From positions 1 through 64,000 of IMG/VR virus record IMGVR_UViG_3300018068_000002: 64,000 bases of DNA, one strand, 5' to 3'. Both the position numbers and the translations under genes were made by a program. The DNA is from a virus. Its lineage: Duplodnaviria; Caudoviricetes. This document shows positions 10,814 to 20,600 of this stretch, one piece after another. Under the pieces are notes generated by a model, which was given only the letters and a program-made list of their open reading frames with translations, was not told where the DNA came from and did no database searches. Position 1 is the stretch's first letter, and every line of letters begins with the position of its first letter.

Positions 10814-11265
10814 TGTTTAAATTTAAAATCAAATCAAAAAAAGCAGTAGAATCTTCAACAATTAAGGATTTTAAATTTTTATATGATATTATTTTAAATA
10901 ATGTTTCAATAAAAGATATTGAATTAAATTGTCATTTATTAAATGATGATTATAAAAAGGAATATAATCCTAAAAACTCTTGGAGATATGCAAAATCATT
11001 TGAAGTCAAAGGAAAAGGTTATGATGGTGGTAAAAAACTTAATTTAAGAATTGATTATTGTGATGAAAAAATCTTTTTTAAATGTGATCCAGTTAAATGG
11101 ACTGGAGAAATAGAAATTGAAGCAAGATATGCTGCTATTGTCTATCAAGATAAAATTGCTTTAATTATTGATTTTGGTAAAAATCAATTGGCAAAAGGTA
11201 CAAATAGATTTTTTATAATTGATTTTGGTAAAAATCTTTTTAATATAAAAGGAGATAAGAAATGA
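10813..11265 (+). CDS. Hypothetical protein
   Basis: Coupled ORF. Confidence 0.65.
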   Translation: MFKFKIKSKKAVESSTIKDFKFLYDIILNNVSIKDIELNCHLLNDDYKKEYNPKNSWRYAKSFEVKGKGYDGGKKLNLRIDYCDEKIFFKCDPVKWTGEIEIEARYAAIVYQDKIALIIDFGKNQLAKGTNRFFIIDFGKNLFNIKGDKK

Positions 11266-11474
11266 AAGAACTAGAAAGAATTACAGAAATATATAAAGTA
11301 GATACAGAAGTTGAGGCAGCAAAACTTATTCAAGAAGCAAAAGATCAACAACTAAACGGCAATTATGAACTTACAAAATATGAAAGTAAATATCGTTGTA
11401 AAAAACAAAAAGGAGCTATAGTCGAAGAGTGGTATACAGTAACTCTTCAAAAAGATTTTGCTCTAGGAGAATAA
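11262..11474 (+). CDS. Hypothetical protein
   Basis: Coupled ORF with RBS AAGGAG. Confidence 0.7.
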   Translation: MKELERITEIYKVDTEVEAAKLIQEAKDQQLNGNYELTKYESKYRCKKQKGAIVEEWYTVTLQKDFALGE

Positions 11475-12236
11475 ATGAATTTAGAAGAACAAACCTTAGA
11501 ATTTATTAATGAAATTTTAAAATTAGATGACGTTATTTTAGAAGAAGGATATAATGAATTAATAGAATTAATAGACCTAGAGAGTAGTTTTGAACAAGCT
11601 ACTACTCAAAAAATTGCACACTGTAGAGCATACGGATTAACTGAAGATGATTTAATTGAAGAAAACAATGTAGCTAAAGAACTAATTGAAAAAGAATTTG
11701 AAAAACTATCTCCTATAAAAAAAGAATTATTCTCTCATATTATAAATTCAGGCGCGAGAATAAATAACTTAATTATTGAAAAAGGACTTTATCCAAAAAT
11801 TAAAATTCGTGTTCAAAAACTATCTGACGATATTAATTTACCTGAATACGCACATGAAAAAGGAGATAGCGGCCTTGATATCAAATTATTAGAAGATATC
11901 ATTCTTGAATCAAGAACAACTCAAAAAGTTAAAACAGGAATAAAAGTTGTAATACCTCTTGGTTATGAAATACAAATTAGACCCAAAAGTGGGGTATCTT
12001 TAAATTATCAAGATCTCATAATTGGAAATTCTCCAGGGACAATTGATTCAAACTTTAGAAAGGAAATTGAAATTATCTTAAAGAATATCGGTCCTGAAAC
12101 AATGTTCTTTGGAAAAGGAATGAAAATTGCTCAAATAGTTTTAGCTCCTGTAATTAAATTAGAATGGGTAGAAATAGATGATGTTAATGTTTTTCCAACT
12201 TCACGTGTCGGAGGATTCGGGAGTACAGGGGTTTAA
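11475..12236 (+). CDS. dut: Trimeric dUTPase with about 105-aa N-terminal extension
   Basis: GDSGLDI, RPKSG, PGTIDSNFR, IAQ, RVGGFGSTG (motifs 1-5). Confidence 0.9.
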   Translation: MNLEEQTLEFINEILKLDDVILEEGYNELIELIDLESSFEQATTQKIAHCRAYGLTEDDLIEENNVAKELIEKEFEKLSPIKKELFSHIINSGARINNLIIEKGLYPKIKIRVQKLSDDINLPEYAHEKGDSGLDIKLLEDIILESRTTQKVKTGIKVVIPLGYEIQIRPKSGVSLNYQDLIIGNSPGTIDSNFRKEIEIILKNIGPETMFFGKGMKIAQIVLAPVIKLEWVEIDDVNVFPTSRVGGFGSTGV

Positions 12237-12238
12237 TT

Positions 12239-12955
12239 ATGACAAAACTCCAAATTAATGATATTAAAATAGAACTTTCCTTAAGAGGTTGGGTTTTATT
12301 AAGTTCAGAATATAAAAATTTAGATAATGAATTAGAAATGCTTTGTCCCGAAGGGCATAAAGTATTTATGTCACTTAAACAATGGAGAAAGAAAATAGAA
12401 TGTCCTACTTGTTCAACTAATGTATACAATATAATAAAAGAAACTACTCATGTTCAAAAAAAAGCAAATACTTTTCGTATTTTAGCATTAGATGATAGTA
12501 CAACCATTACTGGTTGGGCAGTCTTTGATAATCAAGAGTTAGTAGGATATGGCAAAATAGAAATGACACAAAAGACTCCAACAGAACGAATTGCGGCAAT
12601 GAAACAATGGATGTTAAGTTTAGTAGCTAAATGGAAACCAGATATGGTAGCAATTGAAGACATACAACAACAAGAAAATATTCAAATTTTTAAAGTATTA
12701 GCACATCTTCAAGGAGTATTAATAAATGCTCTTTATGAAAATAAATATGAATTTGATATTATACATGTTGCTACTTGGCGCAGTCATTGTGAAGTAAAAG
12801 GAAAAACAAGAAGTGAATTAAAGAAAAGTGCTCAAGCAAAAATCAAAACTTGGTATGATGTAAGTGTAACCCAAGATGAAGCAGATGCAATTTGTATAGG
12901 ACGTTGCGCAATAAGTGAATATGTAAGAAATAATGAATTTTGCGAATGGGAATAA
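12239..12955 (+). CDS. RuvC-like Holliday junction resolvase with N-terminal Zn-binding domain
   Basis: ILALDDSTTITGW, VAIED, DEADAICIG; N-terminal CPEGH...CPTC. Confidence 0.8.
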   Translation: MTKLQINDIKIELSLRGWVLLSSEYKNLDNELEMLCPEGHKVFMSLKQWRKKIECPTCSTNVYNIIKETTHVQKKANTFRILALDDSTTITGWAVFDNQELVGYGKIEMTQKTPTERIAAMKQWMLSLVAKWKPDMVAIEDIQQQENIQIFKVLAHLQGVLINALYENKYEFDIIHVATWRSHCEVKGKTRSELKKSAQAKIKTWYDVSVTQDEADAICIGRCAISEYVRNNEFCEWE

Positions 12956-12994
12956 AAAAAGGGGAGAGCAATTAAGCTCTCCCCTATTTTTTTT
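12955..12994. terminator. Bidirectional intrinsic terminator between convergent modules
   Basis: A-tract + GGGGAGAGC-AATTAA-GCTCTCCCC + T-tract. Confidence 0.85.
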
Positions 12995-13124
12995 ACTCTT
13001 TTTTATTCATTTCAGAACCTATCTGTATTATTAATCCATTAACCTCTCTCCAAGGTTGGTTAATGAGATAACTCATTATTTTTTCAACTAACTCAATTGA
13101 AAGTTCTATTTTATCATTATTCAT
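12993..13124 (-). CDS. Small protein at end of tail operon (43 aa, not in ORF track)
   Basis: MNNDKIELSIELVEKIMSYLINQPWREVNGLIIQIGSEMNKKE; RBS AAAGGAG. Confidence 0.6.
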   Translation of the reverse strand: MNNDKIELSIELVEKIMSYLINQPWREVNGLIIQIGSEMNKKE

Positions 13125-13143
13125 AAATTTCTCCTTTCATCAA

Positions 13144-14469
13144 TTATACTTTTTTATAGTATAAAGTTATTTTTAATCCTTTTGCCCCAGTCCCCGCAGA
13201 ATCAATATCAAAAGTCAATTCATCATTATCAGTAAATGACGTTGTAGTTAAAGTTGCCGCAGTTCCAGAATATGATACTGTAGTCGTTTCATCTTGATCA
13301 AATCTAAGTTTATAAGTTGACATAATAGTTCCAGTTCCAGTTAAATTTATATCTACAATAACTTCTCCTGAAGTAGAAGCTGTTGATAAAGAAGCTCTTG
13401 GAGCTTTTGTTAAAGACATAGCAAAAGGAACTCTAATAGAAAATTTCCCAGTTCCAGTTGTTATTGAATTTGTTTCATCTGTTATCGTTAATATAATTTC
13501 TTGTTCAACTCCAACTATTTCAGTAGCATAAAGTTTTCCAGCTTTATCTACCATAAAATGAGGTGCTCCAGTTTCACCCCATGCAATTGTTCTATCTCCT
13601 CCTGCCCAAATTCTAACTGAATCTGAATTATCATATTCTGATGTTAATCCAACGCTATCGTCTCCAGCAGTTCCAACTGATAAAACATCATTTAACCATA
13701 GTTTCCCATTTGAATCAGTATATAATGTGATATTCCCAGAAACATCCCTCAATCTCATTCCATAAGCTGTAGGAGTATCTGGAGTTTCACCAGTATAAAA
13801 TCTTCCAATTTGAACTCTTTCATGTGGAGTTGCTTGATCATCAAATACTTGTAATCCATATGTAGATGTTAATTTTACATAATCATTTTGAAGACCTATT
13901 TGTAAACCATTCCAATTCAATGACAATATAACATCACCACCTAATTGAAAATCTAATCCTTCATAAAAATATCTAACAAAAGAATCAAAAACAGTATTAC
14001 CATTTGTATCTACGGCGTAAGCATAAATTCCATTCTCATTCCATAAGAATCTTTTATTATCACTATCAAAAATATCGACACTTTTAATATCTAAAAATCC
14101 ATAAGAAGCTTGAGAAAGATTTACTCCATCTCCAGTAACAATAGGAACCCAAACTCTAACCCCACTACTGTCTAAACTATTTGATGAAAAAATTCCAGTT
14201 CCTGTTATTTTAACTTGCCCAGGGACAGTAGATCTTGTTTCTGTATTTGTAAGTGTAATACCATCTTCTCCCCAAACAACCTCATTATTGTTCCCAAGAG
14301 AAAAGATAAGTGCTCCAGCATTTGTTAAACTTTGTTGTAAAACAGTTTTTTCAATAGTTCTATCAGGAGAAACTATCGCTGCGGCCCTATTATACTTATC
14401 TTTTTTTGAAGACATTTGTTCACTTGATGTTACCATTCTTTGTAAAAAGTTTTCAAATTTATTTTGCAT
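13144..14469 (-). CDS. Tail tip/spike protein (C-terminal part of a Tal-like hub)
   Basis: Position after the hub gene; beta-rich with repeated G..L.. motifs; C-terminal beta-sandwich domain. Confidence 0.6.
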   Translation of the reverse strand: MQNKFENFLQRMVTSSEQMSSKKDKYNRAAAIVSPDRTIEKTVLQQSLTNAGALIFSLGNNNEVVWGEDGITLTNTETRSTVPGQVKITGTGIFSSNSLDSSGVRVWVPIVTGDGVNLSQASYGFLDIKSVDIFDSDNKRFLWNENGIYAYAVDTNGNTVFDSFVRYFYEGLDFQLGGDVILSLNWNGLQIGLQNDYVKLTSTYGLQVFDDQATPHERVQIGRFYTGETPDTPTAYGMRLRDVSGNITLYTDSNGKLWLNDVLSVGTAGDDSVGLTSEYDNSDSVRIWAGGDRTIAWGETGAPHFMVDKAGKLYATEIVGVEQEIILTITDETNSITTGTGKFSIRVPFAMSLTKAPRASLSTASTSGEVIVDINLTGTGTIMSTYKLRFDQDETTTVSYSGTAATLTTTSFTDNDELTFDIDSAGTGAKGLKITLYYKKV

Positions 14470-14483
14470 TAATATTCCTCCTA

Positions 14484-16781
14484 TTAAGTATTTATAATTT
14501 CACCAATATTTTCATAATTGGTTATTGTTATTTTAGTTTTTTCAGGATTATCTAAATCAAACTCAATTTCAGAAATATATCCTTTAGTATTTGTTATTTT
14601 CAACTCTGGGTCATTAATTAAAACCTGTTTTCCTATAGTTGGTAAAAATGATTCAAAATCATCTAAACTAGATAAATCAACTATATCTACTTCATAGGTA
14701 ATATTTGGTTTAGATGCTTTTAATAAAGCTTCTTTAGCATCTGCATAGATAAAATGAAGAGTAGTATTAATATCAAATTTAATACAATAATATGTTGAAA
14801 GATGAAGAGCATTTTCAGTTGTCTTAAAGGTTATCACAGAATATCCATCAAATACCTCATATATATAATCTGTATTATTAGTAAGATAAACTTCTTCTTC
14901 TCCTTCTCCTGGTGCTGAAACTATAATTAATAAACTACTTGGAAATACATTAATTTCATTTATAGTATATGTTCTTACTAGAGTATTAACACTCGCCTTG
15001 GTTAGAGTTTTTGTTTGTTCAACTCCAGTACTTAATAATTTATATTTTATTTCTAATGTAGTTACAACACTTAATAAAGTAGAACCAGTTTCTCCTAATT
15101 TATTATTATAAAAAGCTCCAGTTGATACTGGTTTAAAAACTAACCCATTTGTACTACTTCCATTATCACCATAAATTAACTCATAATCTGAATAATTAAA
15201 ATATTCATATAAATATGTTGAACCATCTTTCACCCAAAGATGAATAGTTTCTAATTCTACATCATTTAAATTATCAGTTAAAATAAAACCAGTAATTGAA
15301 GTTGGTGTTGTTACAATAGTTTGATTATAGAAAGATTTATTATTTCTTTTTACTATATATTCAGAATTTTGCCAGTATCCTTCTTTAATAGCATAAAAAA
15401 TAGAGTTTTCAAATGTATTTATTAATGTTTCTTTAGCAGTTAATAAATTATAAATATCTGTTTCTAAAGTTTCTAATTCCCCTGTTAAAGTTGTTAATTC
15501 ATCTTCAATTGCAGTTAATTTAGATTGTAATGATTCAATTAGTGCTGTTTGTTTTAAATATAATTTATAAAGATAAGCAACTGGATTATAATGTAAATGA
15601 ACTTGAATTGCCATATTAGAAGTAGGAACAGATGGATTAGTTGCAAAACTAAGTCCTATAACTGTATTTGGATCTTCTACATCATATATATAAGTAGGAC
15701 TTACAGTAACAGAACCTCCATCTAATTGTTTAAATTCAAAAGTTCCATAGGTCGCACCAAGTCTAGCAGAAACATCTATATAATAAGTATCATCATCTTC
15801 TAATTTAACAATAAACATAGTAAATGGAAGTTCTTGCGCGCCACTAGGATATAATTCTGTTTTAGTTACAAGATCTCCTCTAACTTTGTCTGCTCCAGCA
15901 ATTTGATAATCAATAAATTTAAAATCAGTTATTAGTTGTTCATATCTATTTGTTTTATTATTAAACTCAAATGACATTGGAGCATATTGAAGATTTGATT
16001 CTCTTAAATCATCTTGAAAAGCTAGAAAATTATCATAATCTGCTTGAGAGATAATTCCTACATCTCTTAAATAATCAAAATTATAAATAAAATCTTCCAT
16101 TATGAAGTTTTGAGGAGCATTACTAATAACCATTACTCCATTATCATCATATTCACTATCAATTGGATCAACATACATTTTAGTAATAAAATCTTTATTA
16201 TCAACTGTTCTTGAAAGATTATTTAAATTAATAGTATAATTTAAACTAAAAGATGGATTTTCTTCAATTTCTTCTTTAAATACAACCGTTCTTCCAATAA
16301 CTTGATAATAGTCATTATAAGTATATTCAAAAGTAACTTGCACTTGAAATTTTTCACCTATTGTTTGTAAAATATTATAAATATTATTTTTTTCAATTGT
16401 TAAAATTCTTGCTTTTTCTATAGGATCTCCACAAACTGGTTGCCAGATTTCTTCAGTTGTACTTGACAAAGTTTTTATAAGTTCCCAATAATTAGTATCA
16501 CTTAATGAATTTGCAAGGTTCCCATTTGATAAAGATTTATAAACATTTACTCCACCAATTGCTCTTGCATATTCTTCAAATTTATAAGTGGTTCCAAAAC
16601 TATATTCTGGAACCACCCCAAAATTATAATCAATAATATTTTGTTTTTCATATAATTTATAATCTGTAGTATCTACTCTATAAGTCCATCCCGCAGTATT
16701 TGTTGTAGAATAACTATTTCTAGTATACGGTAAAAGTATTTGCATCCAATAATCTAATGTTGGACTAGGAACATCATTCAT
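14484..16781 (-). CDS. Tal/gp27-like baseplate hub, central part
   Basis: NIYNILQTIGEKF, NLNNLSRTVDNKDFITKMYV, central coiled coil, C-terminal PNITYEVDIVDL...IGKQVLINDPEL...ISEIEFDLDNPE (prophage-tail-endopeptidase-like pattern). Confidence 0.7.
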   Translation of the reverse strand: MNDVPSPTLDYWMQILLPYTRNSYSTTNTAGWTYRVDTTDYKLYEKQNIIDYNFGVVPEYSFGTTYKFEEYARAIGGVNVYKSLSNGNLANSLSDTNYWELIKTLSSTTEEIWQPVCGDPIEKARILTIEKNNIYNILQTIGEKFQVQVTFEYTYNDYYQVIGRTVVFKEEIEENPSFSLNYTINLNNLSRTVDNKDFITKMYVDPIDSEYDDNGVMVISNAPQNFIMEDFIYNFDYLRDVGIISQADYDNFLAFQDDLRESNLQYAPMSFEFNNKTNRYEQLITDFKFIDYQIAGADKVRGDLVTKTELYPSGAQELPFTMFIVKLEDDDTYYIDVSARLGATYGTFEFKQLDGGSVTVSPTYIYDVEDPNTVIGLSFATNPSVPTSNMAIQVHLHYNPVAYLYKLYLKQTALIESLQSKLTAIEDELTTLTGELETLETDIYNLLTAKETLINTFENSIFYAIKEGYWQNSEYIVKRNNKSFYNQTIVTTPTSITGFILTDNLNDVELETIHLWVKDGSTYLYEYFNYSDYELIYGDNGSSTNGLVFKPVSTGAFYNNKLGETGSTLLSVVTTLEIKYKLLSTGVEQTKTLTKASVNTLVRTYTINEINVFPSSLLIIVSAPGEGEEEVYLTNNTDYIYEVFDGYSVITFKTTENALHLSTYYCIKFDINTTLHFIYADAKEALLKASKPNITYEVDIVDLSSLDDFESFLPTIGKQVLINDPELKITNTKGYISEIEFDLDNPEKTKITITNYENIGEIINT

Positions 16782-16796
16782 TTTTAATTCCTCCTT

Positions 16797-17597
16797 TTAA
16801 GTGTAAATAACTGGATTTATCACAGAACTACTGTTAGTCATAATTTTAGAAATTATAATAACATTAGGAGACAATATCCATTCACTTCCACTCCATTCAT
16901 AATGTACTCCAGTAGATGGATTAACCCAAATATCTCCAATATATGGATCTATTGGATATTCTAATAATTCAGGAAGTCCTTCATCATATATATCAGGAAT
17001 TTCAATCCAGTTAAAACCATTATGTTTCCAAATATCATTATTATAATCTATCCAAATAGAATTTCTAATTGATAAAGGAATATTTTTATTTAATGGATCT
17101 ACTATATATTGCCAAATTCCACCAACTTCTTTAAAATAAGTTAATTGACTTCCTAAAAGAGGTTGTGGTTCAGCATAACATCTCATAATCCCAATATCAT
17201 TAAGATCATCAAAAATGATAGAACAACCAATTTTATTTAATTCATAAGATATATAACTTTGACATTCTACTAACATTATTTTAGAATAGTCTTCATTTCT
17301 TTCAATATAATTATTTATAATAAAATCATGAATAAATTCTATAGTATCTCCTTTATTTATAATAAGTCTAATTTTTTGTTCTCCAAAAATAAGTACCCAT
17401 GATGGATTTTCATCAAAAGAACCTGTTTCATAATTAAAAACATAAAGAGGTATTGAAAAATTTAGAGTTTCATCACCACTTATGGTTTGTTTAAAAAATA
17501 CATTATAAGCTTGACCAAAAAATTCATCTTTCCCTTTTAATAACCTTAAAAAAGAATCATTATGTGTCCAAACTGATAACTCATAACTATTAATCAT
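16797..17597 (-). CDS. Tal/hub N-terminal module as a separate protein
   Basis: YELSVW...GQAYNV...ETLNFSIP; homologous to an internal segment of the 1691-aa protein. Confidence 0.6.
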   Translation of the reverse strand: MINSYELSVWTHNDSFLRLLKGKDEFFGQAYNVFFKQTISGDETLNFSIPLYVFNYETGSFDENPSWVLIFGEQKIRLIINKGDTIEFIHDFIINNYIERNEDYSKIMLVECQSYISYELNKIGCSIIFDDLNDIGIMRCYAEPQPLLGSQLTYFKEVGGIWQYIVDPLNKNIPLSIRNSIWIDYNNDIWKHNGFNWIEIPDIYDEGLPELLEYPIDPYIGDIWVNPSTGVHYEWSGSEWILSPNVIIISKIMTNSSSVINPVIYT

Positions 17598-17607
17598 ATA
17601 TACCTCC

Positions 17608-20600
17608 TTAATCTGCTTGTAAACGATAAATATTAAATGATGGGGAAGTTAATGCTAAATAATTTCCATTATTTGCTTTAACAATATCATGAACCCAAAC
17701 TTGATCTTTATCTGATATATCTACATTTTGCATTAATTTCCAAGTAGACCCATAATCTTTTGAAATGTATATTGCTTCACATCCATAATAAACAATTCCA
17801 TTCCCTGCGTATCTTAAGGACTTACATCCCCAATAAGTTGATGTTAAACCAGATGTATATGTACTCCAAGATATTCCACTATTAGTAGATTTTTTTATTT
17901 TTGAAACTGATAATCCCAAATTGAATGCTGAGGAGCAACCAGCTAATATAATATATTCATCTATAATCTCTAACCTTGATATTACCAAATTTTCTTCACT
18001 GAAAGTTATTACATTATACCAACTACTTCCCCAACTTGTTGATTTATAAATTGAAGATAGCCCAGTACCTGTATTATATACTGAAGCAAGAACAGATCCA
18101 GTGCTATTAACTTTTACTAAATCAGTTATATAAGCTCCACTTTCAATTTGTCCAGTACTATACCAATATGATCCATAATTAACTGATTTATAAATATATG
18201 ATTCTGTAATTCCTGAATTAGTCAAAACAATTCCATTTCCTAAACTAACTATTCTTGTTACTCCATTATTATTATCATAAACATACTTCCATGAATAACC
18301 ATAATCTGATGATTTTGAAAATTGCCCTTGTAATGAACATGTTATTACTTGTTTACTTCCTAAATAAGCAATTGCTTGAACTCCAAATGGGGATTCACTT
18401 TGTAAAGAAGAATAATGCGGCCATGAATATCCATTATCTATTGATTGAAAAATATAAGCAACTCCAATTCCAGCACAAAGAACTTTACTACTTTCTAAAT
18501 AGCATAAAGACATTCCAGTTTGAAAACCATCCAATCCAACATAATCATCCATTAATATCCAATTTGAATGGTTGAATTCTAATTTGTCACCACCAGTTTC
18601 TCCACTGAGAGTTTCTACAAGACTCCATGTTGCACCACCAATTGATCTATATATATTACCATTTATTTTCCCACTGAGAAGAAGATAATTATTATTTATT
18701 ATTCGTATATCACAACATTCTTCATTTAAATATGAAAGAGTATTCCAATCTGTTATAGTTTCAGTACAATAGTAAACTTGATATGGACTAATTGTATTAT
18801 AAGTTATTAATTGTCCATTTGGAAGAACTATACCATCTTTTACAAGAGTATTCGTAATATATCCTACATAAGTAAATGCTAAACCACCATCAATAGTTTT
18901 ATAAAGGAGTGTTTGATTTCCTGATGAAGTATCAGCAATTAAACATAATGCAACTTTATCATTTATTTTTAATACTGTAATATGTTCTCGTTCTACAGTC
19001 GAAGTAAGTCTTGTACTCCAACTACTCCCTTGATTACCACTAATATAAACTATTTTTTTAGTTGACATTAAGATTAAATAGTCCCCCATATTAACTATAG
19101 AAGTTATTTCACATGGTTCTGTAATATCAATTGTGGTTTTATAAAAATAAACTGATATTTGATTTATATCAGAATAAATATTATGATTTGCTTCTTGTAT
19201 ACCACCGGATGATCCCCAGTCATAATTTGTAGATGTGGTTGAATTATATTGCCATTCTCCATCAATAAGATCATAAATCATATATGTACCAGTAACTACA
19301 GTTACTGCCTGTGAAAGTGGTGTATAGAATACATTAGTAGATACAAGTAATACTGGACCAGAATAACTAAATGCTTTAACAATGCATTGAATAGGATATG
19401 TAGATGTTAATATAGGACTATTTGGATAATTAGTCCATTCTTGATATGGACTAGTAGGAATTTGAGTATAAAATGAAGATAAGGATTTCCAAGTTTTTCC
19501 ATAATCTATTGATTTACTAATATAGTCTGAATATAGATTACTAATTCCAGCGAGAACTATTCCATTACCAATGCTTTTAAATAAATTTATACTACTTCCA
19601 GTAGGACATATGGTTCCCATATTTATCCAACTAACACCATTATTATTTGATCTATAAACAATTCTATTATTATCATCAGTCGCGACTACTATTCCTTTAT
19701 CGACTGAAGCAAATTTATGTAAATTTAGAGTAGTTGAAAGTTCCCAAGTTAATCCATTATCATTTGAAACATAAACATTATTATCACCATAAATTACTTT
19801 CCCTTGTGCATCATCAGTATATGTAACCCAATTTGTACCATCCCAACGAGTATCTGTTCCATCTTCATCTGTCCATATATCATCAATATTATCAAACTCC
19901 ATATCCACTGGTGGAATATCTATTGTAGGTATATCTATCGGTTCAAATGATTGCCAACCTGTTATTGGGTTATAAATCCACCACTTATTAGAATAATCTA
20001 TCCAAATACTATTTTTAATAGGAGTCTTTGGTGGAATTGAAGATCTAGTAATTCCAATATCTTTATCAGTATATGTCATAGCTAAACCTATTTTACTTAT
20101 TTCATAAACAATAGCTCTTTGACATTCTACTTTTACTATAACCATATCATTTTCTCTTAATTCTTGATAACTCTGTATTACAAAATCATGAATACTTTCA
20201 TTACCTCTGGATTTATTTCTTATTAAACGAATTTTTTGTTCTCCAATAATTAATGACCAGGCAGGATTTTCAATAAGTTGTTTAGTTTCATAATCATAAT
20301 AATATAGAGGTAAAGAAAAAGATAAAAATTCTTGTTCGTTTATATTTGTTTTATAAATAACATTATATGCTTGACCTGAAAAATCATCATTCCCGTGGAG
20401 TAATCTAATAAATTCATCATCATGACTATAGATTGATAATTCATAATTAAAAACAAATGAAAATTTTCCTAAGATTTTATTTGGACTATACATTTCTGCT
20501 ACTGTTTCTATTAAAAGAATATTAATATTTGTACTTGCAACTGCTATGATAAGATTATCATTTATTGTTGCAATACTATCAATAAATGGAATATTAATAT

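Noticed and set aside
14467-14513. T4 gene 60-like translational bypass fusing the hub genes
   Set aside because: No matched take-off/landing codon at the stop and no stem-loop; a strong AGGAGG RBS and ATG explain independent initiation.
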